The notes below the pieces were generated by a model. It was not told where the DNA came from. It worked only from the letters and a program-made list of their open reading frames with translations, and did no database searches. DNA of 64,000 nucleotides from Felis catus. Taxonomy: Eukaryota. Made by a program: the position numbers and the translations under genes. Positions 51,155 to 64,000 of the stretch are shown piece after piece. Positions within the stretch are counted from its first letter, which is position 1. Each line of letters starts with the position of its first letter. The DNA lies in the NCBI RefSeq assembly GCF_018350175.1, contig NC_058368.1:9176001-9240000 (forward strand), written 5' to 3'.

Positions 51155-51623
51155 TTTTTTTTATTAAAAAAAATTTTTTTTTTTAATTTTTTTTTCAACG
51201 TTTATTTTTGGGACAGAGAGAGACAGAGCATGAACAGGGGAGGGGCAGAGAGAGAGGGAGACACAGAATCAGAAACAGGCTCCAGGCTCTGAGCCATCAG
51301 CCCAGAGCCCGACGCGGGGCTCGAACTCACGGACCGCGAGATCGTGACCTGGCTGAAGTCGGACGCTTAACCGACTGCGCCACCCAGGCGCCCCCCCAAA
51401 AATTTTTTTTTAATGTTTACTTATTTTTGAGAGAGAGACACAGAGCGTGAGCAGGGGGAGGGGTAGAGAGAGGGGAGACACAGAATCCGAAGCAGGCTCC
51501 AGGCTGCCAGCTGTCAGCACAGAGCCCAATGTGGGGCTCGACCTCACAATCCGCGAGATCATGACCCGAGCCAAAGTCGGACACTCAACCGACGGAGCCA
51601 CCCAGGCGCCCCCCAGGCGCCCC
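51155..51623 (-). mobile_element. Two tandem Can-SINEs (51155-51393, 51401-51612)
   Basis: Outer TSD gaaagtagRaatattt; head end caggcgcccc duplicated. Confidence 0.92.
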
Positions 51624-51649
51624 GAAAGTAGAAATATTTCTAAATCCAC

Positions 51650-51810
51650 ACTGTTCAATACAACTTTCTGCAGGGAAGGGAATGTGGCTATTGGGCCCTT
51701 GAAATGTGCCTAGTGTGACTGAGGACCTGGATTTTTACATTTTATTTAATTTTAAGTTATTTAAATAGACACACATGATTAGTGGCTACCATCTTGGATA
51801 GCATAGCTCT
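51650..51810. mobile_element. MER3/MER33-like hAT fragment
   Basis: gtggctattgggcccttgaaatgtgcctagtgtgactgagg...agtggctaccatcttggatagc. Confidence 0.6.
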
Positions 51811-51873
51811 AGAAGTTTTTATTCCTAGTCATCATAAATGTGTCTGCAGAGCAAGGATTTAAAGTTATATCCA

Positions 51874-52057
51874 GGGGTGTCTGGATGGTTCAGTCCATTA
51901 AGCATAGGAATTCAGCTCAGGTCATGATCTCACAGTTCCTGAGTTTGAACCCTGCATCAGGCTCTCTGCTATCAGCACAGAGCCTGCTTCAGATCCTCTG
52001 TCCCCTTCTCTCTGTGCCTCTCCCCCCTCCTCTCTCAAAATTAAATAAACATTAAAA
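51874..52057 (+). mobile_element. Can-SINE
   Basis: Diverged head/body/tail. Confidence 0.85.
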
Positions 52058-55000
52058 TATATATATATTATATCCAAAAGAGACTTTTGAGGTCAGCCAA
52101 GAAAAATGCCGTCAAAAAGGGTGGTCATGCACAAGAGGTCATGGCGAGGATTCAAAGCTGAGTGCAGAGGACCAGCTGAGGCCAGACTGAGAGACTGGGG
52201 ACGGAGTGTCCAACAGGATGTAGTCTTGCTTTGCCCTCCACAGGGCTCAGGGCCCTTGGCCTACAGCCGTATTTTAAGAGCTCCTCACTTGTACCTGATT
52301 GTTTCAGCCTTCCTAGAAGATCCAAGCCTGATGTCCAGAGCGAAGTGAAATGGTTTGGCAATAGAGATTTTAAGACCACATCTCACTACGTTGCCATTTT
52401 TTTTTTTTTTTGCTAATATGTTGCTTTTGGGGTTTTCATGGGGTCTTTCTTTCCTTCTGATCTGAGAAATTTTATTTTGCCACAAATCAACAAAATACCA
52501 AAAAGCAAAATTTGGGATTAAAGCAAAGATATATTTTTGGTTCAAAGTATTTTTAACTTTATTTAAATACTTATGAAATTAATTTTCCCATATTAAAAAT
52601 AACAAAAGTACGTGAAAGTCCATTTTAAAAGATTCATCAGAAAGCCCACCTGACGGTGACTGGCATTTTCTGTTGCCCTGGAGATAGACTGGAGACTCTG
52701 CTCCATTGTTTCAACTTAATGGAACAGCACAATCATCTAGTGTCTTTGGGATCCTGCTGCTTCGTGTGTCTTTAAATTTATCACTATAGATACAGGGCAC
52801 AATTAACAAAGACTTTGGAAGGAGGAATCCTGAGAGCATTTGACATCACTGAATCATGCCTTTCTAGTTTTCCTCAATGTGAGGCTTTCTTTGGAACTGT
52901 AGAAAAAAAAGGTCAGGGGAAAACATAATCATGTAAGGAGCTGGTCTTTGAAAATCCTTAAAGAGAAAGGACTCGTCTTGAAGAGTTCTTGTTTCTGAGG
53001 CCAAGACTCAGAACAGCTAGATGACTGGGCTCAGGGCTTAAAGGGAGAGAGGAAAACCATCCATGCTCCTTCAGTCTTAGGCTTGTCAGGTCAGAAGTGA
53101 TTTTGATCCTTTCCAGAAGGGCTCAGTGTTATGCCTATTGGCTAAGCTGATGTGGGGCAGGAGAATGAAGTCTGCGGTTAGAGAGTTGAGGCACAGGGGA
53201 GGAGGAAGTGGGAGCATCAATCCATGCCTAGCACTGGGGGATTGGCAGAGAAGTGGACCTATCTTAGTGCTATCGGGAAGAGGAAGCTTTCAGAAAGAGT
53301 ATTCACCACCCAGGAGAATTCGGATTTTCCTAGCCACTTCCTGGGTGTTGTTATGTAGGTGACTTGAAAGGGTAAGAGAAAGGATAGGTTGGTTTATACC
53401 AGAAACAGCAGGGAATCTCTCTGTTCTTACCCCTCGCCCCACCCCTAATATCCTGGATCAGACTGTCTGCAATTGACAGGAGAGGGTGTTCGTGTTGAAA
53501 GAGCTCCCCAAATGATTATTATATTCATTTTTGGTGAGGGGCCATCGTCCTAATGAATGCAACCATAGAATAGCTACAGATTTGGAGAGAAGGGTACCCT
53601 TAGGAGTGGGCGTGCCAGTAGTGTGTGTGGGAGGGGACAAGGGATTTTGGCAACCAGAGATGAATCAATGAATTCTGGCAGTCAGATAACAATAACACGT
53701 AGCTGGAGCACAGAGCGTCATCACTCCCAGCAGCTGCCTGTGGGCCGTCAGCATCGCGTCATCTGAGAGCTTGTTTAAAAAAATGCAGAACCGTGGGCCA
53801 TCCCCTCGACCCACGAGATCGGAATCTGCCTTCAACAAGACACCACCCCCGCCCCGAGCAGTGGGAAAGGCTGTCTAGGACACACACAAAGAGCCGGGGC
53901 TCTGAAGCCAGACCGCCTGGTTCCCCGGATGGATACTGACGTCCCACGAATGCCGAGTCCGCGGGCAGGACGCGTGGGTGCTCTCTGTGCCTCGGCTTCC
54001 CCGTCTGCAAACTGGGACGAGAACACCCCTGCCACACCCTCGACTGAGCCGTTTTCTCATCAGGTGGTGTGATGCTGAACACGTCTCTTAACCCGTCTGG
54101 AGCTCAGGTTCCACGCTGCGAGAGGAGGACAGTAGCCAGCCACTGGCGTGGGGTGAGGGCTAACAGGTACACGAGTGTTCCGCGCTCTGTAAACGCTGCC
54201 CCAGATGCGAGGGTGCTGTCCGTCAGCAAGCTGTTGGAGGAAGAAGGACAGGTACAAAGACGATGCTTCCAGCCACCCCTGGCAAGAAGGCAGGGCCTCC
54301 TCCCGGGAGGAAGGGGTCCACTGTGGTTTCTCTGAAGCCCAGTGAGAACCAGACCGCCCTAGGACACACGACAAGGGGACCACATCTTTGTACAAACCAC
54401 ATCTTTGTACGATGCCGGCTGGTGAGAAGCAAACAGCAACAGCTCCACCCTGGAGCTCGGTCCTAGCCCGCCCCCCACCCCCCGAATTCCCTTTCTTGTC
54501 CCAGACAATCCTCGAGGAGGCTGACCGCTCAGACTTCTCACTCCTCTCTTCTGACACCTCCGTCCCTTTTGTAATTCTGATTTTCCTCCGGGGGGGGGGG
54601 GGGTTGCAGCTAGGCGTACTGGGATACACTTCATTATTTGCCTGGCCAGGAGACTTCTGCACTCACTTCCTGTAGCTTGCTTAATGTCTAAGGGTCAGAA
54701 AAGCTGACCCCAGATTTACTACCACTGATCGGAGACCGTTGAAGGTTTCTGCAGGAAACATCACTTTTTTTTCTCCCCCCACTATGTCTCTACTGGGCAG
54801 ACACACAGTGAGTCTCAGCCCAAGTGCCTTGGGACATCGTCAGGGCCAACATGGTAATGCAATCATTACAGGGGCCCTTAGAAGCCTCCCCAAAAGTCTG
54901 TCTGGAAAGATGCCCCGGTCGGGAAGGAAAAGAATCCATGCCTATTCATACCCCCCTAACTGATCCAGTTTGGTGCTTTGCCCCTTGTGTTACCACCCGC

Positions 55001-55640
55001 CTTCAGCGAGGACCCAGTCCAGAACGATACTCCTCTCGTCTCCCTTTACCTCCAAGGCAGCTTCTGTGCGTGTCCCGCATTGTCTAAAATTACAGTCGCA
55101 AAATTTAAAACCCAGGTCAACACTTGAGAAGTGTAAGCTCTGCCAAGCAAGTCGTTTGCTTTTCCCTTTACTAATCTGTTGCCACATCTAGAACCATCTG
55201 TAAAACCTTTGATAGCAGAAGCCCCCCCCCCCCCCGGAGACAGTATAAAACTGGAGGTTAAGCCAAGCAGAGATGCCCGTCCTGACCGTCTTCCGTCATC
55301 CAGCCTCCCGAAGGAAACCCCCACCCCGCCCGGTCGAGCTGTCCTAATGTGTCTTTTGAGTTGGGCAAAGGACTTTCTGTCTCGGGAACAATGTTAGTGA
55401 TTGTTCAGAATAATGCACATTTGTGATGCTCTAAGATATTAAATAATAAGGCCCTGCTTCTCCTGATGCTCCTGAAGACAGAGCTCCCAAGACTGACCCA
55501 ACTGTTTACTAGTTAATGTGCAGAGCACTCATGGTTTGCCGTAGAGCAGCGGCACCCCCCTGGTCTCCACCATGGAGTCTCATTGGCGCCTCCTGGCTGA
55601 GCACCCTCAGATCCTCTTACTTTTCACAAACAAATGGCAC

Positions 55641-55853
55641 AGGGGTGCTTGGGTGGCTCGGTCACCAGGGTCGCTCAGCCGGTTGGGCGTCCAACTCTCG
55701 ATTTCGGTCTGGATCACGATCTCATGGTTCGTGAGTTCGAGCCCCATATCGGGCTCTGCGATGGCAGTGTGGAGCCTGCTTGGGATGCTCTCTCCTTTCT
55801 CTCCCCACTCACGCTGTCTCTGTCTCTCTCAAAATAATAAGTAAAAACTTAAA
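55641..55853 (+). mobile_element. Can-SINE
   Basis: TSD aaacaaatggcac. Confidence 0.9.
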
Positions 55854-58800
55854 AACAAATGGCACGTTAGGAGAGTTCGCTCTGTGGCAGGGCTTTCGTT
55901 TGTGTGGGTAGGTCTATGGCAGTAACTAGGAGGAGTCCACCTCAGGGGGTGAGCTCTCAGAAGAAAGGAGGTACCCGTGGCCTTGGGTCCAAGTCACCGA
56001 CCCAGAGCAACCGACTGACCCCCATTGCCCAGGGAGGTGCAGCTTCAGGATCCTTCCAGGGTATTGGGAACACTGATCCTGGCCAGTGGGGGGGTGGGGG
56101 CTACAGATCTGATCAAAGTGGAAAAGGACACTGGGACTCCTTCCCACGGCAGCACTCGGGCCGCTCTGAGACGGTTTCATTTTGTCCTTCAAAACAAGTG
56201 TCCCTTGATTTAAAAGAAAATGCTGGTCCCAACTTTTTAGTTTACTCTTTGTGGGTCACGAGCTTCCCGTTCACTTTCCAGAGGGTCTTTCTCCTCAGAG
56301 AGGGCCTCATTGTTAGGAGGCTGGAAATTGGAAATGTAGGCCGGTGAGGCGCCATGCTGTGAGCTCGCGTGGCACTCGACTACTTGGGAACAAACCCCTC
56401 CCTCTTCTTTCAGATAGAGCCCGGTCCAGGTTGGAGATTCAGAAACTTTCTCTTTTGTGATGTAGACTCTTTTGATCTACCAATTGTGTCATTAATTTTG
56501 TTTTGTTTTCCCTTAGACCAGGTGAAAAATGACTACAATAAAAACAGACTTAGTCTTCCTTATTTACGATACATCTCTCATCTGGACACAAGCAATTAAG
56601 CCTTCCAGTCCCCCAGACATAATTATATAAAGAATACAAGAATCATTTGAAGACTGGTTCCTCGAAAGGGAAAAGAATGTGTTATTTGCATAAAAGTGCA
56701 CTAGTCCTCTTCTGCTGGGGGAAAAAAGGCTCCGGGTTAACATCTCTTTAAATCACTAAAGCCAGCAACCAGGAACACTGGTACAAAAAAGAAACCCATT
56801 TTTGAAAGGAATGAAAGCACTAACTTTGAACTCTACCTTCCCAGTCCTGTTCTTTCAACTATCATCTCTCTGTAGGTGACTCTAATACCTGTGTCTGGAT
56901 ACTTCTCTCCGGAGCTCCAGATCTACCTTTACAATGGCCTGTTGGCACCTAATGTGTGCTTTGCTGTGTCCCCAGTGGAGTGTGTCCCAGGCAGGACCCA
57001 ACCCTCCCCTCCAGAACATCACCTCCTCTTGACTTCCCTATTCTTGTGGATGGCCTCAACTCTCATTGCTAAAGGTTGTCGATTCTATCTCTCCAGAGAT
57101 TCCAGACTCTTCCCCCTCTCTTGTGCTCCCATCACTAACGTTGTCACGCAAGATAGTATTCATGCTTCCTTTGACAACTGCCAACGGTATCCCAACTTGT
57201 CTTCGTGTCCCACCTTTTCACACTCCAATCCTTCTACACAAATCATCCCGAATCAATTCTTCTCAAGCACAGCTATGGTCATCTCATCGCTGTAGTGGAT
57301 ATTTGTCATTAGTGGCTACCCAGTGTTTTTGAACATCCACCCACCTTTTTCGTCAACAACTTCCTAAAGTAACCTCACATCCCAGATGCCCTTGCAGCTA
57401 GGGTTCCGGTTTACGATTTCAGTTCTGTGAATCCCAAGTGCCTCAGGTTCCTGCAAGAGAAGTGAAACCAACCATAAGGGACACGAGGAGGTGGCTGCAT
57501 CTTGGGATCCATCCTTCTGTCAAAGGCAGGGTGGGAGGTTTCTGGATCTTCAAGAGTGTCGGTGGTGTTTTCAGGACAGTAACTCCTATTATCTAGTTTT
57601 GGAGTCAGATTGCTTAGCTGACTTGAAGATTCTGTGAGCTACCTAATATTGTTTGAGAGATTCTCTTTCAACTTGGATGAGGCAGAGTGGATTTTACTAT
57701 TGGCAACTTATAAACAAAAAATGAAAAATAAATATTAACTGGCTCCCCAGAGCTCCCTGGCGTGGCATTCAAATGTCTGTATGACAAGGGCCTCAAACCC
57801 ATGGACCTTTCCAGGACATCATGGTTGTGTGTCTCTATTTTTCTGCTTCTGCTATACACATTTCCTTCGACCTTGTGATTTTTCCCCCCTTAATCTTTGT
57901 TTTCCTGCATTAGCTACGACTTTAGTTGAATGGCTTACTTTCTAAAATAACCAGGAGCAAGCTTTTTACGATGAGGACATTCCAAGATTCTGTCTGTGAC
58001 TCTCCCCTTTTTGATTTTTAGACATTGAGATCAACTGTTCCTAAAGGCCAAGAAACATGCTAATATATGTCCTATATAAAAATACAACCCATCAAATCTT
58101 GCTTGGAAGAAAACTTTAAAACATTAAAGCGGAATTTTATTATCATCAAAAAGCATTTTTGATGATGTATTTCTGCACACCTTTCATTTTCTTCTCATAG
58201 TCTCCTCTCTGTGACTTTGTCTATAGAACATCAAACACATGAATAACAGTGAAAAATTCAATCAAAGAAGTTTTTCATGTTATGCAGATAAAACATCTGG
58301 AAGACATAATATCTTCTTTTCCGCTATACGGTTGGTCTCGTATAGACATAGTGTGTGTGTCATTTACCAAGGTAAGTACTTCCTTGTCTCAGTCCATTCT
58401 TCACCTTCACATGAATTTCTAAAAATCTTTAATTTTTGAGAAGCTCTCTACCACCCTTGAAAGACAAAGGTTCCCCCAAACCTTTGAGGAGGCCGACAGG
58501 AAGAGATACAATGTTGACTGCTAGCCTGCCTCTTGCCAGCGTTGCTTTAATAATGTTGGAAATCATACATTGAAGAAAAGGATGTTTGGATCAGGACAGG
58601 ATGCTCTTGACTTGCTAAGCCCCATGAATATGGAAGCAATTGTTCAAAATAAGTCCTGGACCCTCTGCTGAATGTGGTTTATGTGAAGCCTCCATGGGCG
58701 TCACTGTCCATTATCTGCTTAAAGGGCCTAATGCTGCCCGCGACCATGGTCTTGGACCTGGCTGATGGTGTACTGCTCACGTTGACTCTGAACCACACTG

Positions 58801-59231
58801 TTCTCGCTCGTAAGCATGGTCGCCCAACTGCTGCCGTTGCACTGCCCACTTCAAGCTGATTTTGCACACTCTGTCTGACATCTATTTGCAGTTTAATAGC
58901 TTCCCTTTTCTTGGCAAAGGAAACATTTTTCTAAGATCTATAGCCATCATTGATGCCAAGTTCATTTAAGCTCATTATCCTTATTTTTCTCCCACTCTCA
59001 CTCCCCGCGTATGCCACAAATATCACTGGGAACGGGCACCATCAACAACACAATTGATAACCTAAGTGTACCAGAGGGTGTATGATGAAAACCAGGAGCT
59101 TTTACACACTCAGGTGACGGCTTTTTGGATTACGTTAAACATTTCTAGACTGTATCAACCTTGTTATATAAATGGCAAACGGCACAAAATTCTACTGCCA
59201 ACATGTTGGATGTTGTCTTTAGTGATTGAAT

Positions 59232-59455
59232 TTAAAAAAAATTTTTTTTTTTCAACGTTTATTTATTTTTGGGACAGAGAGAGACAGAGCATGAACGGGG
59301 GAGGGGCAGAGAGAGAGGGAGACACAGAATCGGAAACAGGCTCCAGGCTCCAAGCCATCAGCCCAGAGCCCGACGCGGGGCTCGAACCCACGGACCGCGA
59401 GATCGTGACCTGGCTGAAGTCGGACGCTTAACCGACTGCGCCACCCAGGCGCCCC
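59232..59455 (-). mobile_element. Young Can-SINE
   Basis: Perfect TSD tttagtgattgaattt. Confidence 0.95.
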
Positions 59456-59619
59456 TTTAGTGATTGAATTTTAAAGGGAAAATGAAAACCATTTTTGGTT
59501 TGTTTTCCCTAAATGAATTCAACTTTTCTTTGTTTTGCCTAGATTAACTGCCATTGCCATAAACAGATCGTTGGGTTTTGTCTTCATGAAACTTCGCTGA
59601 GCATATTAAGGGGATGGTA

Positions 59620-59770
59620 TTTTATATAATTATATAATAATTGCATATAATAAATATTACATACATAGGCGCACTTATATATTTATAACTATACTTACAA
59701 GTATATATTATAAACTAAATTATATTAATTATACATTAAATACATCAAATACACATTTTATATGTATTTA
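59620..59770. repeat. AT-rich low-complexity tract
   Basis: Direct. Confidence 0.75.
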
Positions 59771-62062
59771 CGTAGAAAAACCACTTAACACTCCCTTCCC
59801 AGTGTGGTAAATGAAATGTTCATCACCAAGCCTTATGGAAAAAATTATGTATTGGGTGGGAGAGAGTAATATTTGCATCCACTCCAAACTTCACTAATCC
59901 TGTGTCTCATGATTACCAACGAGCTAAGCATGATAATTTAGGGTCTAGTAGAGTCAATGAGATTGTACAAAAGAGGTGCTCACCTTCTTCAAACACACTT
60001 CAGGGATGATCGGGCTTGACCACACGACTTGGACAACCATGTCGCTGGGGCAGATTGAATTTGTTGCCTGGTTAATGATCAATCTCATACATACTTGGAC
60101 AAAACTGGACAATCTTGTCATCTGGCTGTCAGATGCTCTAGAGAAAATTGAAATGAAAACACGGAGGTTCAGTTAATACTTTACTATTTTTAGTTCTATT
60201 ATTTAACAAAGCTTTCTCAGATAGGGATCAAGCATGCAGTATATATATTTTCTGACTCCCTCTTTAAAACTTTATTAGAATACAAGTTCTATCACTTTAA
60301 GGGACTAGACTACTACTCAAGATGCTGTCTCTTGCAGCCCTCTGACAATGTGCAGGAATGAAGGAACTCTTAGCATAGCCCTTTAGTATTAGAGATTCTG
60401 TTGGGCTGATCTCAAAGGTATCATAAGTATCAAAAGATTGAGGAGTAACCTGGGGTGAACTCTATGTATACAACCATTTGTACCCTTATCATGAAGCTGA
60501 GTTACATCAGAGATCGACTGTCAGGGTTGAGGTCCTAGGGCAGGACAGGCGCTCTTGATCCCGCTCTGGGGGAGATTATGAGCCATCTGTAAGCTGGAAC
60601 TCTTGGTGAGGTGCGTGCATCTTCTTCCTTTATCAGGCTATCACGAGCTTTTTAGTACCTGGTAAGTAAAGACCATGCTGACACAGTGAAGGCCCTTCGA
60701 CTGGACATCTCCCGTGTGAAAATGAGCAATAGGATGGAATGGGCTCGGATCACCTGGCTGGAGGGCCTGGACTTGGATGCCGGCCTCTGCTTATGAGTAC
60801 TTTGATATTGGACAGATCTCTCGATCTCTCTTATTTCCATCTACGAAATGGAAATAATCACATGTTCTTTTCAGGCTTATTGAAAGAACGAAATAATATA
60901 TATGAGTACATCTGGCACCTGGTAGGCCTTAATAGCTATTAATTGGATTAGGGTCTAGACTCAAAATCACCAAACACTGGACCAATGTCACTGTTGGCAA
61001 CGCTGAACCAAAGGAGTATGCCCATATCCCGGAAAATGCAGGAACTCTCTTGATTCCTGGTTTACTTTGGACATTCCAGTGGCAAGACCTGAGGCATCAA
61101 GTTTTAGGGCAACACAATTTGGTTTGCAAGTCTCTGGGAAAGCTTAGAAGAGGAAGTTGCTCAGCTTTCTAGAATACCCTTCAGAGGGGACCGGGGACAC
61201 CTCATACTGCCCTTCCAGAGGTCCTTCTGGATTGGAGGACTCAAATCCCTTGGCGTAGCTTCAGACTGGCATGAACTTCCAAGGCCAAGAAATGTTCTTT
61301 GGCCTAAAATTCCTGGAGTAGCACACATCCAATCACACAAGAGCATCTCCTGTTCACCGAACATCAGGGAACATGCTTCTTACTCCTTAGTAGGTCACTA
61401 CCTCCCTAGTCCAAAAGCCCCATTGTGATCTGGGAAGGAGGGGCTGGGAGTGGAAGGTCCGGTGGAGATTGTCACTGCTTTGGCAGAGGGTCACTGACCT
61501 CATGGAGCGGAAGGAGCATGGACTTCACAGTTACGCAGGGGCAAGGACTTGTATTGCTGTTCGCCCTGACCAAGGTCTTGAACATGAATACGCCTCAACT
61601 TCCGCGTATGGTTTCCCACCTAGTTTTGATATCTCTGCTTCTTGAGGTGCTCCTCTACTAGTGTCTCTTTCCTCCTGGGCACTTCCCACCCCAGTGTTTT
61701 CATGGGCCGTCATTCTATGACGTTTCTGCTCTTTCCTTCGGGTACCCAGTGAGCCTCTTGTAGAGCTGGGATATCTGGCCTTGTTGGTCCTCGGTAAGCA
61801 AGTGGGCAGTTCTAGGCAGAATGTCAACGATCACGTTAAGTGTGGTGTGGACCCACTGCCCTTCTGGCCAGGCAGGGAGGACGGCGCTTCCTGTCACTGG
61901 CTGTCTATACCTTGTGGGTGTGTAGGTTCTACTAGCTGTCTGTGTGTAAGTGGTCTTCTGACAGCAGGAGGAGGAGAAGGTGTAAGCCGGCTGGTGCCTA
62001 CAGAGTACCTTCATACTATGACCGTGCAAAGCAGGTAAAGGCGGGAGAAGCGGAACCGAGTG

Positions 62063-62112
62063 AACCATATAACATCAAGAGGGAAAAAACCATATAAAAT
62101 CAAGAGGGAAAA
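62063..62112. repeat. 25-bp tandem duplication
   Basis: aaccatataaMatcaagagggaaaa x2, one mismatch. Confidence 0.9.
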
Positions 62113-62349
62113 AACTCCACTGTGTGAGTGTCAGAATGTCGTCGCAATGAGAGCCAGGCAGCAACTTTAAAGAAATCCAGGGTGGAGTAAGAAAGCACCA
62201 TTTAATACTGTGTGCCTTTCCTTCCACGAGGCAATTTGTGTGCTTGGGAGGGATGCTGAGTTATGTCTGTCTTAGCACCATTCTTCAAACTGCAATTCCC
62301 AACCCATTAGACGATCCTGCAATCAATTTAGGGTCTGAGAACCAATATT

Positions 62350-62860
62350 TTTAAAAACTTTTTTATTGCAATACATATATATATATATGATAAATTACAC
62401 AAATCTTACATGTATAGCTCAGTAAGTCTTTTCCACCCATAAAACCCATACCTTAATCAAGAGATAGAACATTTCCAGCACCCCAGGAATTTCTTCCATG
62501 TGACTTGCCCATCGATACTCATGCCCTTCCAGAGACAACCACTGTTCGACTTGGATAACCAGAGGTTAGTCTTCACGACTCTCAGTTATCATGTAAGCAG
62601 AATCGCACACACAACTTTACTTTTCTGCTGGCTTCTTTCATCCACACATTAGGTCCATTTTTTTTTTCCGTAGCTATATAGTATTTTATTGTATGAGTAC
62701 ACTACACCTAAACAATTTTATTGGTGATGCACATTGGCCTTATTTCTGGTTTTGTGCTGTGATTTTACAGGTTGATTATATGTCCTTTGGTGGACATAAT
62801 CACCCATTTTCCTTGGCTATATTCCTAGGACTGGAATTGCTTTAGTAAATATTTAGCCTT
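62350..62860 (-). mobile_element. Old L1M 3' end
   Basis: aatcaagagatagaacatttccagcacccc...attcctaggactggaattgct antisense L1M motifs. Confidence 0.6.
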
Positions 62861-62943
62861 AACAAGTGCTGTCAAACATGGAGTACGACAGCCACTGGGC
62901 ATAGGCTATCCTCATGGCTATTTAAATTTAAATGTGGCTATTT

Positions 62944-63166
62944 AAAAAAAAAATTTTTTTTTTTAACGTTTATTTATTTTTGGGACAGAGAGAGACAGAG
63001 CATGAACGGGGGAGGAGCAGAGAGAGAGGGAGACACGGAATCGGAAACAGGCTCCAGGCTCTGAGCCATCAGCCCAGAGCCCGACGCGGGGCTCGAACTC
63101 ACGGACCGCGAGATCGTGACCTGGCTGAAGTCGGACGCTTAACCGACTGCGCCACCCAGGCACCCC
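62944..63166 (-). mobile_element. Young Can-SINE inside a MER3/MER33-like element (~62890-63310)
   Basis: TSD taaatgtggctattt; host ends cagtggccaccatatggacagtgtagatacagaacatt. Confidence 0.92.
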
Positions 63167-63615
63167 TAAATGTGGCTATTTAAATTTTACTTGAAATAAC
63201 ATGTAAATTTCAGCTCTTCAGCCACACCAGCCATTCCAAGTGCTCAATAGCCACGTGTGGCCAGTGGCCACCATATGGACAGTGTAGATACAGAACATTG
63301 CCATCATGTTCCCTCTTTGATGTTTCAGACTGCCAGCACTTTTTCAAAATAAATGAAATCAGAAAGTGTCAGAGTACATTCTATAGAGTAAGGGTAACTA
63401 CTGTTTCGTGGGTCTTTTGTTTCCATACATATGCATGTGGATGCATGTAGTTGGTCATAGCATAAAATGTATTTCTCATTGTATGTCACGGTAAAGCCTC
63501 TGAAAAAGACAGGTTCTTTTCTCTGGGTAGAGAGGTGGAGAGCAGAAAAGGAAAGGAATATTGTTAGGGGAAGGATAAATATGGCCTTTTGTGGACCCGA
63601 TGGGATTAAAACAAA

Positions 63616-63820
63616 ATTTTTTTTTAACATTTATTTGGTTTTGAGAGACAGAGAGAGACAGAGCACAAGCAGGGGAGGGGCAGAGACACAGATCCGAAGC
63701 AGGCTCCAGGCTTTGAGCTGTCGGCACAGAGCCCGATGCAGGGCTGGAACCCACGAACCGTGAGATCATGACTGGAGCTGAAGGCGGACGCTTAACCGAC
63801 TGAGCCACCCGGGCGCCCCC
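63616..63820 (-). mobile_element. Can-SINE
   Basis: TSD atgggatt. Confidence 0.9.
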
Positions 63821-64000
63821 CAAATGGGATTTTTGTAAACCTAATGCTTCTTGGTATTTTGTGCGAGATCACATAGAGCACAAATTAATTGCTATAGGTT
63901 CATATAGCTGTCCTGGAGCTTTATTCTTCTAAATGAGTAGGAGAGACCAGTGCTGTATAGCTATGGATGTTCCCAGCTTTCCGTACCCAGCCCAGCCCAT

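Noticed and set aside
54060..54662. 200-aa ORF in a locally GC-rich region
   Set aside because: Overlapping ORFs in many frames with no recognisable protein; GC effect.
58674..58867. Coding-looking stretch as a processed pseudogene
   Set aside because: No recognisable parent protein, poly(A) tail or TSD.

Overview
Mammalian genomic DNA from a felid, judged by the many SINEC_Fc-type Can-SINEs. The only protein-coding sequence I can support is coding exon 1 of UBL3 (ubiquitin-like 3) on the minus strand: 15417-15391, MSSNVPADM, followed by a GTAAGT donor. It lies in a CpG island with ZNF143/SBS, GC-box, YY1 and RFX-like motifs. Bases 1-15390 are UBL3 intron 1 (exon 2 is not in the window). Bases ~16700-64000 are upstream intergenic DNA rich in Can-SINEs, L1, L2, MIR, LTRs and DNA-transposon fossils. 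The most interesting structure is the inferred ~1 kb UBL3 leader: 8 upstream ATGs in 7 uORFs, a (CTG)9(ACG)6 repeat that gives one uORF a Cys8 tail, and a C17 tract. Other points are several nested insertions with readable target-site duplications (TSDs), a hAT/Charlie transposase fossil, an intact solo LTR and a few candidate non-coding exons. I cannot establish a genuinely new biological system. Repeat family names come from recognition by eye and boundaries of old repeats are approximate.
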